From: an uncultured Planctomycetota bacterium
GTDB taxonomy: Bacteria > Planctomycetota > Planctomycetia > Isosphaerales > Isosphaeraceae
DNA: 64,000 nucleotides
Assembly: GCA_963737655.1 (NCBI GenBank)
Contig: CAVTTN010000002.1
Location: forward strand, 5,024,001-5,088,000
Reading direction: 5' to 3'
Part shown: in pieces, positions 34,411 to 43,012 of the stretch
Numbering within the stretch: position 1 is the first letter of the stretch
Layout of the letters: every line of letters starts with the position of its first letter
Made by a program: the position numbers and the translations under genes
Notes under the pieces: generated by a model
What the model was told of the DNA's origin: nothing
Database searches by the model: none
Seen by the model: the letters and a program-made list of their open reading frames with translations, nothing else

Positions 34411-35961
34411 ATGCGACCGTCTCGCCCCCTCGCGCTCGCCCTCCTGATCGCGTCTCCGTCGCTGGCGATGGCCCAGCCCCAGGCGCCTCCCGTCCCGCCG
34501 ACCTCGGCCGAGGCCCGGGGGGTCTCGACGGCGATCCTCGAAGAGATCGACAAGAAGTCCGAGCTCATGAGCAACCTCGAATACCTCTGCGACATGATCG
34601 GCCCGAGGCTCACGGGCTCGCCGAACCTGAAGAAGGCCAACGAGTGGACCCGGGACAAGTTCAAGGATTACGGGCTGGAGAACGCCCACCTCGAATCGTG
34701 GAAGATCGCCCGGGGGTGGACCCGAGGGACGGCGTCGGGCAAGGTCGTCGCCCCGGTCGAGCAGCGAATCCTCCTGGAATCGGCCGGCTGGGCGCCCTCG
34801 ACCAAGGGCCCGGTGCGAGGCCCGGTCGTCTACCTGAAGGCGGAGAAGCCGGCGGACCTCGACGCCTTCAAGGGGAAGCTGAAGGGGGCGTGGATCCTGT
34901 CTCGCCCGGTCTCGGTCCAGCCGTCGCCCAAGAACCCCGAGCCCGAGAAGGGGAGCATCGGCGGCGACCGCCCCCGGAACATGGGCAACGCCCAGGCGTT
35001 CCGCAAGGCCCTCAAGCAATTCCTGATCGATGAGGGGGCCGCCGGGACCCTGCGCGACTCCAACAAGGAGCACGGCCTGGTCAACATGACCGGCGCCACC
35101 AACGATTTCACCATCTCCGAGCTGCCCGAGGCGTTCCTGACCACCGAATCCTACGGCCTGATCTGGAGGCTCATGCAGAGGGGGCCGGTGGAGATCGAGC
35201 TCGACCTCAAGAACTCCACGACCGACGGCGAGGTCGAGGTTTACAACACCGTGGCCGAGCTCAAGGGGACCGAGAAGCCCGAGGAAGTCGTCCTGATCGG
35301 CGGCCACCTCGATAGCTGGGACCTCGGCACCGGCGCCACCGACAACGGCACCGGGACGATGGCCGTCCTGGAAGCCGCCCGCGCCCTGAAGGCCGTCGGC
35401 GTGAAGCCGAAGCGGACGATCCGGTTCGTCCTGTTCTCGGGCGAGGAGGAGGGCCTCCACGGCTCGAAGCAGTACGTGAAGGCGCACGAGGGCGAGATGG
35501 ACAAGATCTCGGCCGTTTTGGTCCACGACATGGGCACGGGCAAGGTCACGAGCATCGGCCTCCAGGGCCGGTATGACCTCCGGGAGACGATGGACCTGGT
35601 CGTCGCCCCGTTCGGCCGGACGATCAAGATGGACGAGATCAGCCTCCGCAACATGGGGGGCACGGACCACCTGTCGTTCCTGCCCAAGGGCGTCCCGGCG
35701 TTCGCCGTGGTCCAGGACCCCGCCGAGTACCGCAAGACCCACCACACCGAGAGCGACACCTTCGACAAGGTCTATCCCGACGAGGTGAACCAGGGGGCGA
35801 AGGTCCTGGCCGCGTGGGCCTACAACGTGGCCATGCTGCCGGACCTCCTGCCCCGAGACCCCAAGCCCCGGCCCAAGCCGACCGAGGACTCCCCCGGCAC
35901 GCCCGCCCCGCCCCCCAAGCCGGATGCCGCCGCCGCGGCTTCGGCCGGTTCGGGCCGCTGA
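34411..35961 (+). CDS. M28 family metallopeptidase (carboxypeptidase Q-like), secreted
   Basis: Signal peptide, IGPRLTGS, GGHLDSWD, GATDNGTG, GEEEGL, TDHLSF, HHTESD. Confidence 0.92.
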   Translation: MRPSRPLALALLIASPSLAMAQPQAPPVPPTSAEARGVSTAILEEIDKKSELMSNLEYLCDMIGPRLTGSPNLKKANEWTRDKFKDYGLENAHLESWKIARGWTRGTASGKVVAPVEQRILLESAGWAPSTKGPVRGPVVYLKAEKPADLDAFKGKLKGAWILSRPVSVQPSPKNPEPEKGSIGGDRPRNMGNAQAFRKALKQFLIDEGAAGTLRDSNKEHGLVNMTGATNDFTISELPEAFLTTESYGLIWRLMQRGPVEIELDLKNSTTDGEVEVYNTVAELKGTEKPEEVVLIGGHLDSWDLGTGATDNGTGTMAVLEAARALKAVGVKPKRTIRFVLFSGEEEGLHGSKQYVKAHEGEMDKISAVLVHDMGTGKVTSIGLQGRYDLRETMDLVVAPFGRTIKMDEISLRNMGGTDHLSFLPKGVPAFAVVQDPAEYRKTHHTESDTFDKVYPDEVNQGAKVLAAWAYNVAMLPDLLPRDPKPRPKPTEDSPGTPAPPPKPDAAAAASAGSGR

Positions 35962-35970
35962 GAAAAATCT

Positions 35971-36012
35971 CCCGGGTGGCATGCTTACGTCTGCGTAAGC
36001 ATGCCACCCGGG
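35971..36012. repeat. Palindromic repeat family A, short form
   Basis: CCCGGGTGGCATGCTTACG-TCTG-CGTAAGCATGCCACCCGGG. Confidence 0.88.
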
Positions 36013-36105
36013 GATGCCGATCGGGTCAAGCTCTAGCTTCCTCATCGCGATCGACCCCGTTCGCGATCCGCCAATCCGACGAGTCCGCCGAGAGGGGCAT
36101 GAGGG

Positions 36106-37245
36106 ATGGGACGGCCGGCTCTGACGATCCCCCTCCTGATCCTCCTCGGCGGTCTGGCGGCGGCGGGCCTGGCGTGGGGGGCGGCGAAGGCCCTGAGCGA
36201 CTCGGCCGACCTGGAACGCCGGGCCGAGGAGGTCGAGCTGGTCCTCCGCCGTCACGACCCCTACGCCGACCCCGACATGACCTATCCGCCGTCGGCCGAG
36301 CCGGTGTTCGTCGCCCTGATCGCCCCGATCCGGGGCCGATGGCTCCGCCTCGGCTGGCTCGTGCTCAATGGCCTGGCCTTGATCGGCCTGATCGGGGCGA
36401 TCTGGGACTCGTGGGGCAAGGCCTGGCCGCCGTGGGCGAAGGCGGCGTTCGCCCTGGCGGCGGCGGCGACCAAGCCGGTCCGCGCCGGGTTCGGATTGGG
36501 CCAGTTCCACCTGATCCCCTCGGCCTGCCTGGCCGCGTCGATCGGGCTGATGGAGAGGAAACGGCCGATCGCGGCGGGCCTGCTCGTCGGGATCGCGCTG
36601 ACCAAGCCGACGATGGCCGCCCCATTCCTCTTCGTCCTGATGGCGAAACGGCGATGGACGACCCTCGGCGTGGCCCTCGGCCTGAATCTCGCCCTGACGC
36701 TGGCGATGAGCGCGTGGCTGGGGATCGGCCCGGCGGAACTCCTCCGAGAATGGCTCGACCGGGCGAGGGAGCAGCTCTCGGCCGGGACCATCGACGTCCC
36801 CTCCCTGGCCTCCCGGGCCTGGCCGGCGATGGCGACCCGGGGATCGACGTTGAGCCTGGTCGTCCTGGCGATCGCGGGCGCGGCGATCTGGGCGTTGAGG
36901 AAGCAATCGGAGGCCGGGCTGACCAGCCTCTCGCTCGCCTTCGCGGCGATCTTCACCTATCATCGGCCGTATGACCTGGTCCTGCTCCTCCCGGCCCTGG
37001 CCTCCCTGTTCGATGGGGCCCTGGCGAGGAAGAGCCCGGCGGCCGGGCTGGGCGTCCTGGCGTTCGCCGGATTGTTGATCGCGCCGAACCACCCCTCGGT
37101 GGCCGGGGGGCTGGAACGGGTCTATGACGTCGCCCTGATCGGCGGGGCCTACCTCGCGATGGCGGCCCTGATCGTCCAGGTCGCCTGCGAGCGGAGGGCG
37201 GACGGCCCGGCCGAAACGAATCGATCGATCGCGGAGACACGATGA
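36106..37245 (+). CDS. GT87/DUF2029 family membrane glycosyltransferase
   Basis: DPY..TYPPSA, GQFHLI, GIALTKP, YHRPYDLVLL; polytopic. Confidence 0.8.
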   Translation: MGRPALTIPLLILLGGLAAAGLAWGAAKALSDSADLERRAEEVELVLRRHDPYADPDMTYPPSAEPVFVALIAPIRGRWLRLGWLVLNGLALIGLIGAIWDSWGKAWPPWAKAAFALAAAATKPVRAGFGLGQFHLIPSACLAASIGLMERKRPIAAGLLVGIALTKPTMAAPFLFVLMAKRRWTTLGVALGLNLALTLAMSAWLGIGPAELLREWLDRAREQLSAGTIDVPSLASRAWPAMATRGSTLSLVVLAIAGAAIWALRKQSEAGLTSLSLAFAAIFTYHRPYDLVLLLPALASLFDGALARKSPAAGLGVLAFAGLLIAPNHPSVAGGLERVYDVALIGGAYLAMAALIVQVACERRADGPAETNRSIAETR

Positions 37246-37282
37246 TCTCTCCGCGATCGATCGCTGAGGAGGCCCGAGGCGA

Positions 37283-38031
37283 TCAGTTCGCCAGGGCTTC
37301 CTCATACGACTCGTTGCGGACCGGCTGGATCGACTGGATCTTGCGGATCGCCTCGCCGTAGGCCAGGGCGACCTGCTCGGCATCCCAGTCCACCATCCGG
37401 GAGGGGAAGTCCTGGAGCTTCGCCCAGCCGTTGAGGTACTTCAGGAGGCCGACCTCGTGCCTCTGCTCCATGTCCTTGGTCCAGGCGAACAGGGCCTTGC
37501 CCGATCGGGGCGCCTGGGGCCGCGAGCCCGGGCCGGGGCCGGGGCCGGCGGCGAGGGGGCCGCCCCCGCGTGACCGTTCCCATTGCCGTTCCCGTTGCCG
37601 GGATTGGGGTTGGACTCGGCCGGAGGCTCGACGTTCGGCTCCCTCTCCTGGACGAACTTCGGCACGCCGTCGCGATAGAGGTAGCGGGCCACGCCGAACT
37701 TGGCGCAGGCCCTCTTGAAGGAGTCGGAGAAGCCGCTCTTGTCGTCGTCGCCCGAGTCGGCCATCCCGGCGTAGCCCCCGGCGTCGGCCTTGGTGACGAC
37801 CGAGCCGTCGGGCAGGCGGATCGACAGCTTGCAGAGCACCGAGTTCTCCGACGGCGCGTACTCGTCCCACCAGTTCTCGGGGCCGAGGACGCTGTCCAGC
37901 CGGTTCATGGCCGTCCGGGCCGTGATGTAGTGCAAGACCCGATGGCCGCCCCCCTGCGCCGGGCGGGTCTTGATCTCGTTCTGGTCGAAAGGCGCGGCGA
38001 GGGCCGCGAACAGGTCAGGAAACTTCGTCAT
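37283..38031 (-). CDS. Rad52/Rad22 family single-strand annealing protein (frameshift in the linker ~37520-37570)
   Basis: LAAPF..EIKTR, YITARTAMNRLDSVLGPENW, KADAG, KSGFSDSFKRACAKFGVARYLY; the helical C-terminal domain lies in another frame. Confidence 0.88.
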
Positions 38032-38330
38032 AGGTCTCGCCCCCCGGAGGACTCGGCGGGATGTGCTCGGCCGTCGGAAACGACTCACTTCGTCTCGATC
38101 CGGCCGGTCCCGCCGCCCTCGTTCCTGGTCAATCACCGGGTGCAGGTCACTCGGATCACGCACAACGAACCGTCCCCCGTGATACGACCGGATCGGTCGC
38201 CGGGTTCTGAACTTTGTGCCACAATCCGATCCATTCCGACACGAGCCGGCAGCGCGCCACCGCCCGCCCGAAACATGGACAGGAGTCCAGTTCGAGCGGA
38301 CGGTGGGATTGTACCCGGGGGCGACGACCG

Positions 38331-38615
38331 TTACAAGCGTACAGTGGACAAAACGGACGGAATTCCCGAAGAGGCCACCGAGAGGCTCGTCGGCACGGTG
38401 ATCATCGCGGTGGGCTTCACGGAGAAGCCGTAGCGATTCATGGTCAGGATCAGGAGGAGGCAGCCCAGGAGGATGGCGCCCAGGGCGATCCCGAGCATCA
38501 CCACGAAGATGTCGCTCTTGGCCGACTGGACGTAGACCCCTCGGCCCCCTCCGGCGGCGGGCGTGGAGCGGGCCGCCGGCCGGCTAGCTGCGGGGTTTGA
38601 TCTTAGTCGTGACAT
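38331..38615 (-). CDS. Small single-pass membrane protein
   Basis: GVYVQSAKSDIFVVMLGIALGAILLGCLLLIL. Confidence 0.6.
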   Translation of the reverse strand: MSRLRSNPAASRPAARSTPAAGGGRGVYVQSAKSDIFVVMLGIALGAILLGCLLLILTMNRYGFSVKPTAMITVPTSLSVASSGIPSVLSTVRL

Positions 38616-39441
38616 GGTCGCCCCTCTCGATCTTCTTGCCGTGGATGGTCTTGCCGATGACCCGGGCCGAGGACTGGTTCGGGTCGGTCTCCAGGATGCG
38701 GACCTTGCCGAGGTACTCGGGCGTGGGCTTGGTCCGGTAGAGGTCCAGCTCGTGGCCGGCGACGAGCCCGTCGTCCGAGCCGATGCTGATCTCGATGAGT
38801 TGGTTCTTCGAATCGACCTTCAAGACCTCGCCCTCGACGTCCGGCGGCAGGTCGAGGAGCTTGTAGACGGTCGGATCGCTCGGCAAACCGGCCTTGCGGA
38901 GCCCGCCCTGGAGCCGGACCACGCGATCCCGGAGGTCGGCGTTGTTGGCCGTGGCCACCTCGAGCTCTCGCTTCAGGAGGACGATCTGCTGGTCCAGGTC
39001 GGTCTTCTGGAGCTTGTACTCGTTGGCCTGGGTCTGCACGGCCTGGACGATCTCGCGGAGCTTGTTCGACTCGGCGATCCGGGCCTCGGCCTCCTTGTTG
39101 GAGGACAGGACGTTCTCCTGCGCCTGCTCGATCGCGATCCGCTGCTTGGTGATTTCCGCCTGCCGGGTGTTGTTCTCTTCGCGGAGGTTCTTGATCGTGG
39201 CCTTGTCGGCCCGATCGTCCTTCTCGAAGGCGGCCTTGGCCCCGTCGAGGTTGGCCTTCTGGGTATCCACCTCGGCCTTGGCGCGGCGGAGGTCGTCTTC
39301 CAGCTTCTTTTTCGTCTCGTTGAGCTTGGTCACCCGTTCCTTCCAGTTGACCTCGGTCGTGAAGACGACCGTGGACAGCGCGAGGAAGAACAGGGCGAAG
39401 ACCATGAGGACGATCACGAGGATTTTGCCGACGAATGTCAT
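38584..39441 (-). CDS. Membrane-anchored coiled-coil protein with a C-terminal beta domain
   Basis: MTFVGKILV TM, long heptad region, VEGEVL..IEISIGSDDGL..GHELDLYR..YLGKV. Confidence 0.85.
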   Translation of the reverse strand: MTFVGKILVIVLMVFALFFLALSTVVFTTEVNWKERVTKLNETKKKLEDDLRRAKAEVDTQKANLDGAKAAFEKDDRADKATIKNLREENNTRQAEITKQRIAIEQAQENVLSSNKEAEARIAESNKLREIVQAVQTQANEYKLQKTDLDQQIVLLKRELEVATANNADLRDRVVRLQGGLRKAGLPSDPTVYKLLDLPPDVEGEVLKVDSKNQLIEISIGSDDGLVAGHELDLYRTKPTPEYLGKVRILETDPNQSSARVIGKTIHGKKIERGDHVTTKIKPRS

Positions 39442-39728
39442 GGTCCCACCTGCCGATCGGCGTTAGACGGCCAGAACCCGCCCCAGACCACCCGTCGTGT
39501 CGAGGAAGAGGATCTTCGGGAGCGCGCCGGGCCAAGACCAGTAGACGTGATCCCGCCCGGCGAGCGAACCGCCCGCCCCGACGAGGATTCCCTCAATCAT
39601 AGAGCGGTCGCCCGTCTCCAGGCAAGGAAATCCCATGCCCCACGATGGCAGGGCCCGGGGACCGACTCGCCCAAGGATACACCATCAAGGCGAAGTGGGC
39701 AAACGAGGGGATGTAGGACACGGCAAAT

Positions 39729-39822
39729 GGGGTGTAGCTCTGGAATCTGGATCGTCCAAAGGGTGCCCCCGGTTCTTGAACCGGGGGCACCCGAAAAACT
39801 CCAGAATCGAGAGCTAGACCCC
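39729..39822. mobile_element. MITE-like element (family C), copy 2, with target-site duplication
   Basis: TIRs GGGGTGTAGCTCT / AGAGCTAGACCCC, same central 32-nt hairpin as copy 1; direct repeat GGCAAAT at 39722-39728 and 39823-39829. Confidence 0.78.
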
Positions 39823-39876
39823 GGCAAATGGTCCCCGTCCGCGACGAGGCCGGGGGGACCTCGCCTCGAGGACGAA

Positions 39877-40800
39877 TCACGGCGTCTTCTTCGGCTCGCC
39901 CGGCGACACCGCCGGGGCCGTCGGGAGCGTCTTGAGGGCCTGGATCACCTCGTCCGGGACGGCCTTCGCGGAGATCGGCGGGAGGTCGCGGCCCTTCGCG
40001 CCGAAATCGGGCTTTCCATACGTCTTTTCCTGATCGCGAAAGACCGCGTCGAGCTTCGCGCGATCGCCTTCGGCGAGGAAATACGAGTCGTTCAGCACGC
40101 CCCAGAGGCCATCGCCGCGGGCGCGGGTCAGCGGACGGAGCGTTTCCACGCTCGGGCCGAGCCAGAGGCGATACAGGGCGAGTTTCGGGACGTCCTTCTC
40201 CCGGCCCGCGAAGTTTTCCAGGAACGAATTGAGGCCGCCTCCGAACGTCTCCACGCTCTTGTGGCCGCCATTCGGGCTGGTGATCGTGGCGAGATGCCGC
40301 CACCCGCCGGCCTTGCCATCGAGGACGTAGAATCGGGCCTCGGTGGTGTCGGGCGCCGTCCCCGGCTGCTTCCGGACGAAGAACTGGAACGTCTCGCCGA
40401 CCTTCCACGGCCAGATCGCATGAGTATGCCCCCCCTCCCCCTCGCCGCCGAAGCGGTTGTGGACGGTCCGGGGATCGGCCTCGGTGATTTGGGGATGGAG
40501 CCGGGGTGAAGTGTCCCAGACCGAGAAGATCGTCCGCCGTTCCCTCGTGCTGTTGTGCTGAATCCCGCAATACCCGCCCGCCGGCTCGCCCGGATGCCAG
40601 TTCGCCCCGCAATAGTAGATGGCCGGATGGGTCGCCAGGACGGTGATGGTGCCATAGAGGCACGTGGCCTCCTTCTGGCCGTCCAGGTCCCACCAAAGAT
40701 GCTGGGCCCGGGCCTCCGGGGCGAGCATCAAGAATGCGGAGAGCGCCAAGAGCGTCTTGACGCACCGCAAGATGTGACCGCGAAGGTCCGATGGCGGCAT
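39877..40800 (-). CDS. Secreted protein, DUF3472-like domain
   Basis: Signal peptide ending ARA|Q; GYCGIQHNS..ERRTIFSVWD, FGGEGEGG, WRHLA, SFLENF; start uncertain. Confidence 0.7.
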   Translation of the reverse strand: MPPSDLRGHILRCVKTLLALSAFLMLAPEARAQHLWWDLDGQKEATCLYGTITVLATHPAIYYCGANWHPGEPAGGYCGIQHNSTRERRTIFSVWDTSPRLHPQITEADPRTVHNRFGGEGEGGHTHAIWPWKVGETFQFFVRKQPGTAPDTTEARFYVLDGKAGGWRHLATITSPNGGHKSVETFGGGLNSFLENFAGREKDVPKLALYRLWLGPSVETLRPLTRARGDGLWGVLNDSYFLAEGDRAKLDAVFRDQEKTYGKPDFGAKGRDLPPISAKAVPDEVIQALKTLPTAPAVSPGEPKKTP

Positions 40801-41058
40801 TCCGAGACTCCCGGTCGGGGCGGCAAGACGGGCCGAGCGGGCCGAATGTATCAGGCAGGGTTCGCGGAGGGCAGTAGGCCGTCTCGAAAATCGGGGAGCC
40901 GCTTCATGGTGTCGAACCGACCCGATCGGCCCCCTCCGGGAGGCGCGGCCCGGGACGCCCGGCTTGCGGACCGGGCGGCGAGCGGCCATGCTGTCGGGAG
41001 GCGGAAGGAGGGCCGCCCCCCTCGATTTTTCCCGATCGCCCCTCGCCCTGGAGGCCGC

Positions 41059-41298
41059 ATGACGTCCCTGCTCCAACGCGCCCTGGCCGAGGCCGAGACG
41101 CTCCCCGCCGAGGATCAGGACGCCATCGCCTCGCGATTGCTCGCCGAGGTCGAGGACGAGCGCCGATGGGCCTCGCGGTTTGCCGCGACGACCGACGACC
41201 AATGGGACCGCCTCGTGGCCGACGTGCGACGAGACGTCGCCACCCGAGGCACCCGGCCCCTCGATCACGCCTTCCCGCCCGACGATCCCTCGCGATGA
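41059..41298 (+). CDS. Putative antitoxin
   Basis: RBS GGAGG; MTSLLQRALAEAETLPAEDQDAIA..EDERRWASRFA; ATGA overlap with the toxin gene. Confidence 0.75.
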   Translation: MTSLLQRALAEAETLPAEDQDAIASRLLAEVEDERRWASRFAATTDDQWDRLVADVRRDVATRGTRPLDHAFPPDDPSR

Positions 41299-41564
41299 AC
41301 TCGGTCATCACCGCCGGGTTCCTCGAACGGCTCGGCGCGCTGCCCGACTCGGTCCGTCAGCAAGCCTCCCGGGCCCACGCCCTCTGGAGGGCCGACCTCC
41401 ACCATCCAAGCCTCCCATTCAAGCGGGTTAGCCAAAGGCAGCCGATCGACTCGGCCCGGGTCGGGCTGGGACATCGGGCCCTGGGCCTCCGGGAAGGCGA
41501 GACGATCACCTGGTTCTGGATCGGCTCGCATGCCGAGTAGGACAACCTCTTGTCTCGGTTGTGA
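41295..41564 (+). pseudogene. ParE/RelE-like toxin with a premature TAG at 41538-41540
   Basis: F..LP.SVRQQA..W..HPSL.FKRV..SARVGL..RALG..WFWIGSHAE*DNLLSRL; the TAG sits where this family usually has Y (HAEYD). Confidence 0.65.
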
Positions 41565-41620
41565 TGATTTGAATTTTAATAGATTTCACCTCAACCGGCA
41601 CATTTCATGCAGCCGTCGAG

Positions 41621-43012
41621 TCACTCCCCCAGGTCGTATTCCTGGATCTTGTCGAAGAGGCGGCGGCGGTCGATCCCGAGGCGTTCGGCGGCCTTGGTCC
41701 GGTTGTTGCCGGAGGCGATCAGGGCGTCTCGGATCGCCTTGCGCTCGACCTCGGCGAGCAGGGCCCGGAGCGGGAGCGTGCCGGAGGATTCTGGCGAGGG
41801 GGCCGGGGCCGGGGCCGCGGCGGAGGCGGAGGCGGCGTCCTCGGCCTGGAGGTGCTCGGGGAGGATCGCCCGGCCTCGGGCCGCGATGGCGGCTCTCGCC
41901 AGGGCGTTTTCGAGCTGGCGGACGTTCCCCGGCCAGGGGTGCGCCTTCACCGCCTGGAGGGTCTCGGGGGCGAGCGAGAGGGCGTCCCAGCCGTATTTTC
42001 GTTCGAGGCGGTGGAGGACGTGCTCGACCAGGGGGGCGATGTCCTCGGGCCGGTCCCTCAGCGGGGGAATCGTCAGGCGGACCACGTTCAGGCGGTAATA
42101 GAGGTCCTCGCGGAATCGGCCCTCGGCGACCTCTCGGGGCAGGTCGCGGTGGGTGGCCGAGACGATCCGGGCGTCGGAGAGGAGCGTCTCGTTGCCGCCG
42201 ACCCGTTCGAACTCGGACGATTGCACGACCCTCAAAAGCTTCGCCTGGACGCTCGGGGGGAGCTCGCCGACCTCGTCGAGGAAGATCGTCCCCCGGCGGG
42301 CCCTCTCGAACCGGCCCGCCCTCTGGCGGTCGGCGCCGGTGAAGGCGCCCCGCTCGTGGCCGAAGAGCTCGGATTCGACCAGCCCCTCCGGCAAGGCCGC
42401 GCAGTTCACGCGAACGAACGGCCCGGACGCCCGTCGCGAGTGGCCGTGGAGGGCCGAGGCGACGAGCTCCTTGCCCGTCCCGCTCTCGCCGACGATCAGG
42501 ACGGGTTCCTCGGTGGCCGCGGCCCGGCCGATCGCCTTGAAGACCTCCCGGATCGCCGCCGATCGCCCCACCATCGCCGGGCGGTCGGCGTCGTCGTCGG
42601 CCCGGGATTCTCGGCGGAGCTCGCGGACCTCGTCGGCCAGCGCCTTTTGACGGAGCGCCCTCCGGAGGGTGATGGTGACTTCGTCGAGGTCGAAGGGCTT
42701 GCTCAGATAGTCATACGCGCCTCGCTTCATGGCCTCGATGGCCGGGGCGGAGCCTCCGAAGGCGGTGATCACGATCACGGGCAGGTCGGCGAGCCTCGGG
42801 CCGAGCTCCGCCAGGACGGCCAGGCCGTCTCTCCCCGGCATCTTCAGGTCGAGGAGGACGGCCGACGGGCGATCGGCGGCGATCCGGGCGAGCGCGGCGT
42901 CGCCGTCGGCCGCCTCGATCACGGCGAACCCCTCGGACTTCAGCAGGCGGACGAGGTTCCGCCGGACCGAGGGATCGTCATCGACCACCAGGATCGTCTC
43001 GGGTTCATCCAT
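41621..43012 (-). CDS. Sigma-54-dependent response regulator (NtrC family: REC-AAA+-Fis HTH)
   Basis: LLDLKMP, GESGTGKE, GAFTGA, FLDEVGE, FREDLYYRLNV, WPGNVRQL, C-terminal HTH. Confidence 0.96.
   Translation of the reverse strand: MDEPETILVVDDDPSVRRNLVRLLKSEGFAVIEAADGDAALARIAADRPSAVLLDLKMPGRDGLAVLAELGPRLADLPVIVITAFGGSAPAIEAMKRGAYDYLSKPFDLDEVTITLRRALRQKALADEVRELRRESRADDDADRPAMVGRSAAIREVFKAIGRAAATEEPVLIVGESGTGKELVASALHGHSRRASGPFVRVNCAALPEGLVESELFGHERGAFTGADRQRAGRFERARRGTIFLDEVGELPPSVQAKLLRVVQSSEFERVGGNETLLSDARIVSATHRDLPREVAEGRFREDLYYRLNVVRLTIPPLRDRPEDIAPLVEHVLHRLERKYGWDALSLAPETLQAVKAHPWPGNVRQLENALARAAIAARGRAILPEHLQAEDAASASAAAPAPAPSPESSGTLPLRALLAEVERKAIRDALIASGNNRTKAAERLGIDRRRLFDKIQEYDLGE

Noticed and set aside
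38032..38330. SOS or radiation-response operator upstream of the Rad52-like gene
   Set aside because: Only short weak palindromes (GTTCTGAAC, TGTGCCACA); no convincing match to a box I know
41538..41540. Pyrrolysine or amber recoding at the toxin TAG
   Set aside because: Other genes here use TAG as a normal stop, no pyl genes are visible, and further substitutions suggest decay
37283..41564. Prophage or genomic island around Rad52 and the TA pair
   Set aside because: No integrase, structural genes, att repeats or tRNA; neighbours have host-like composition
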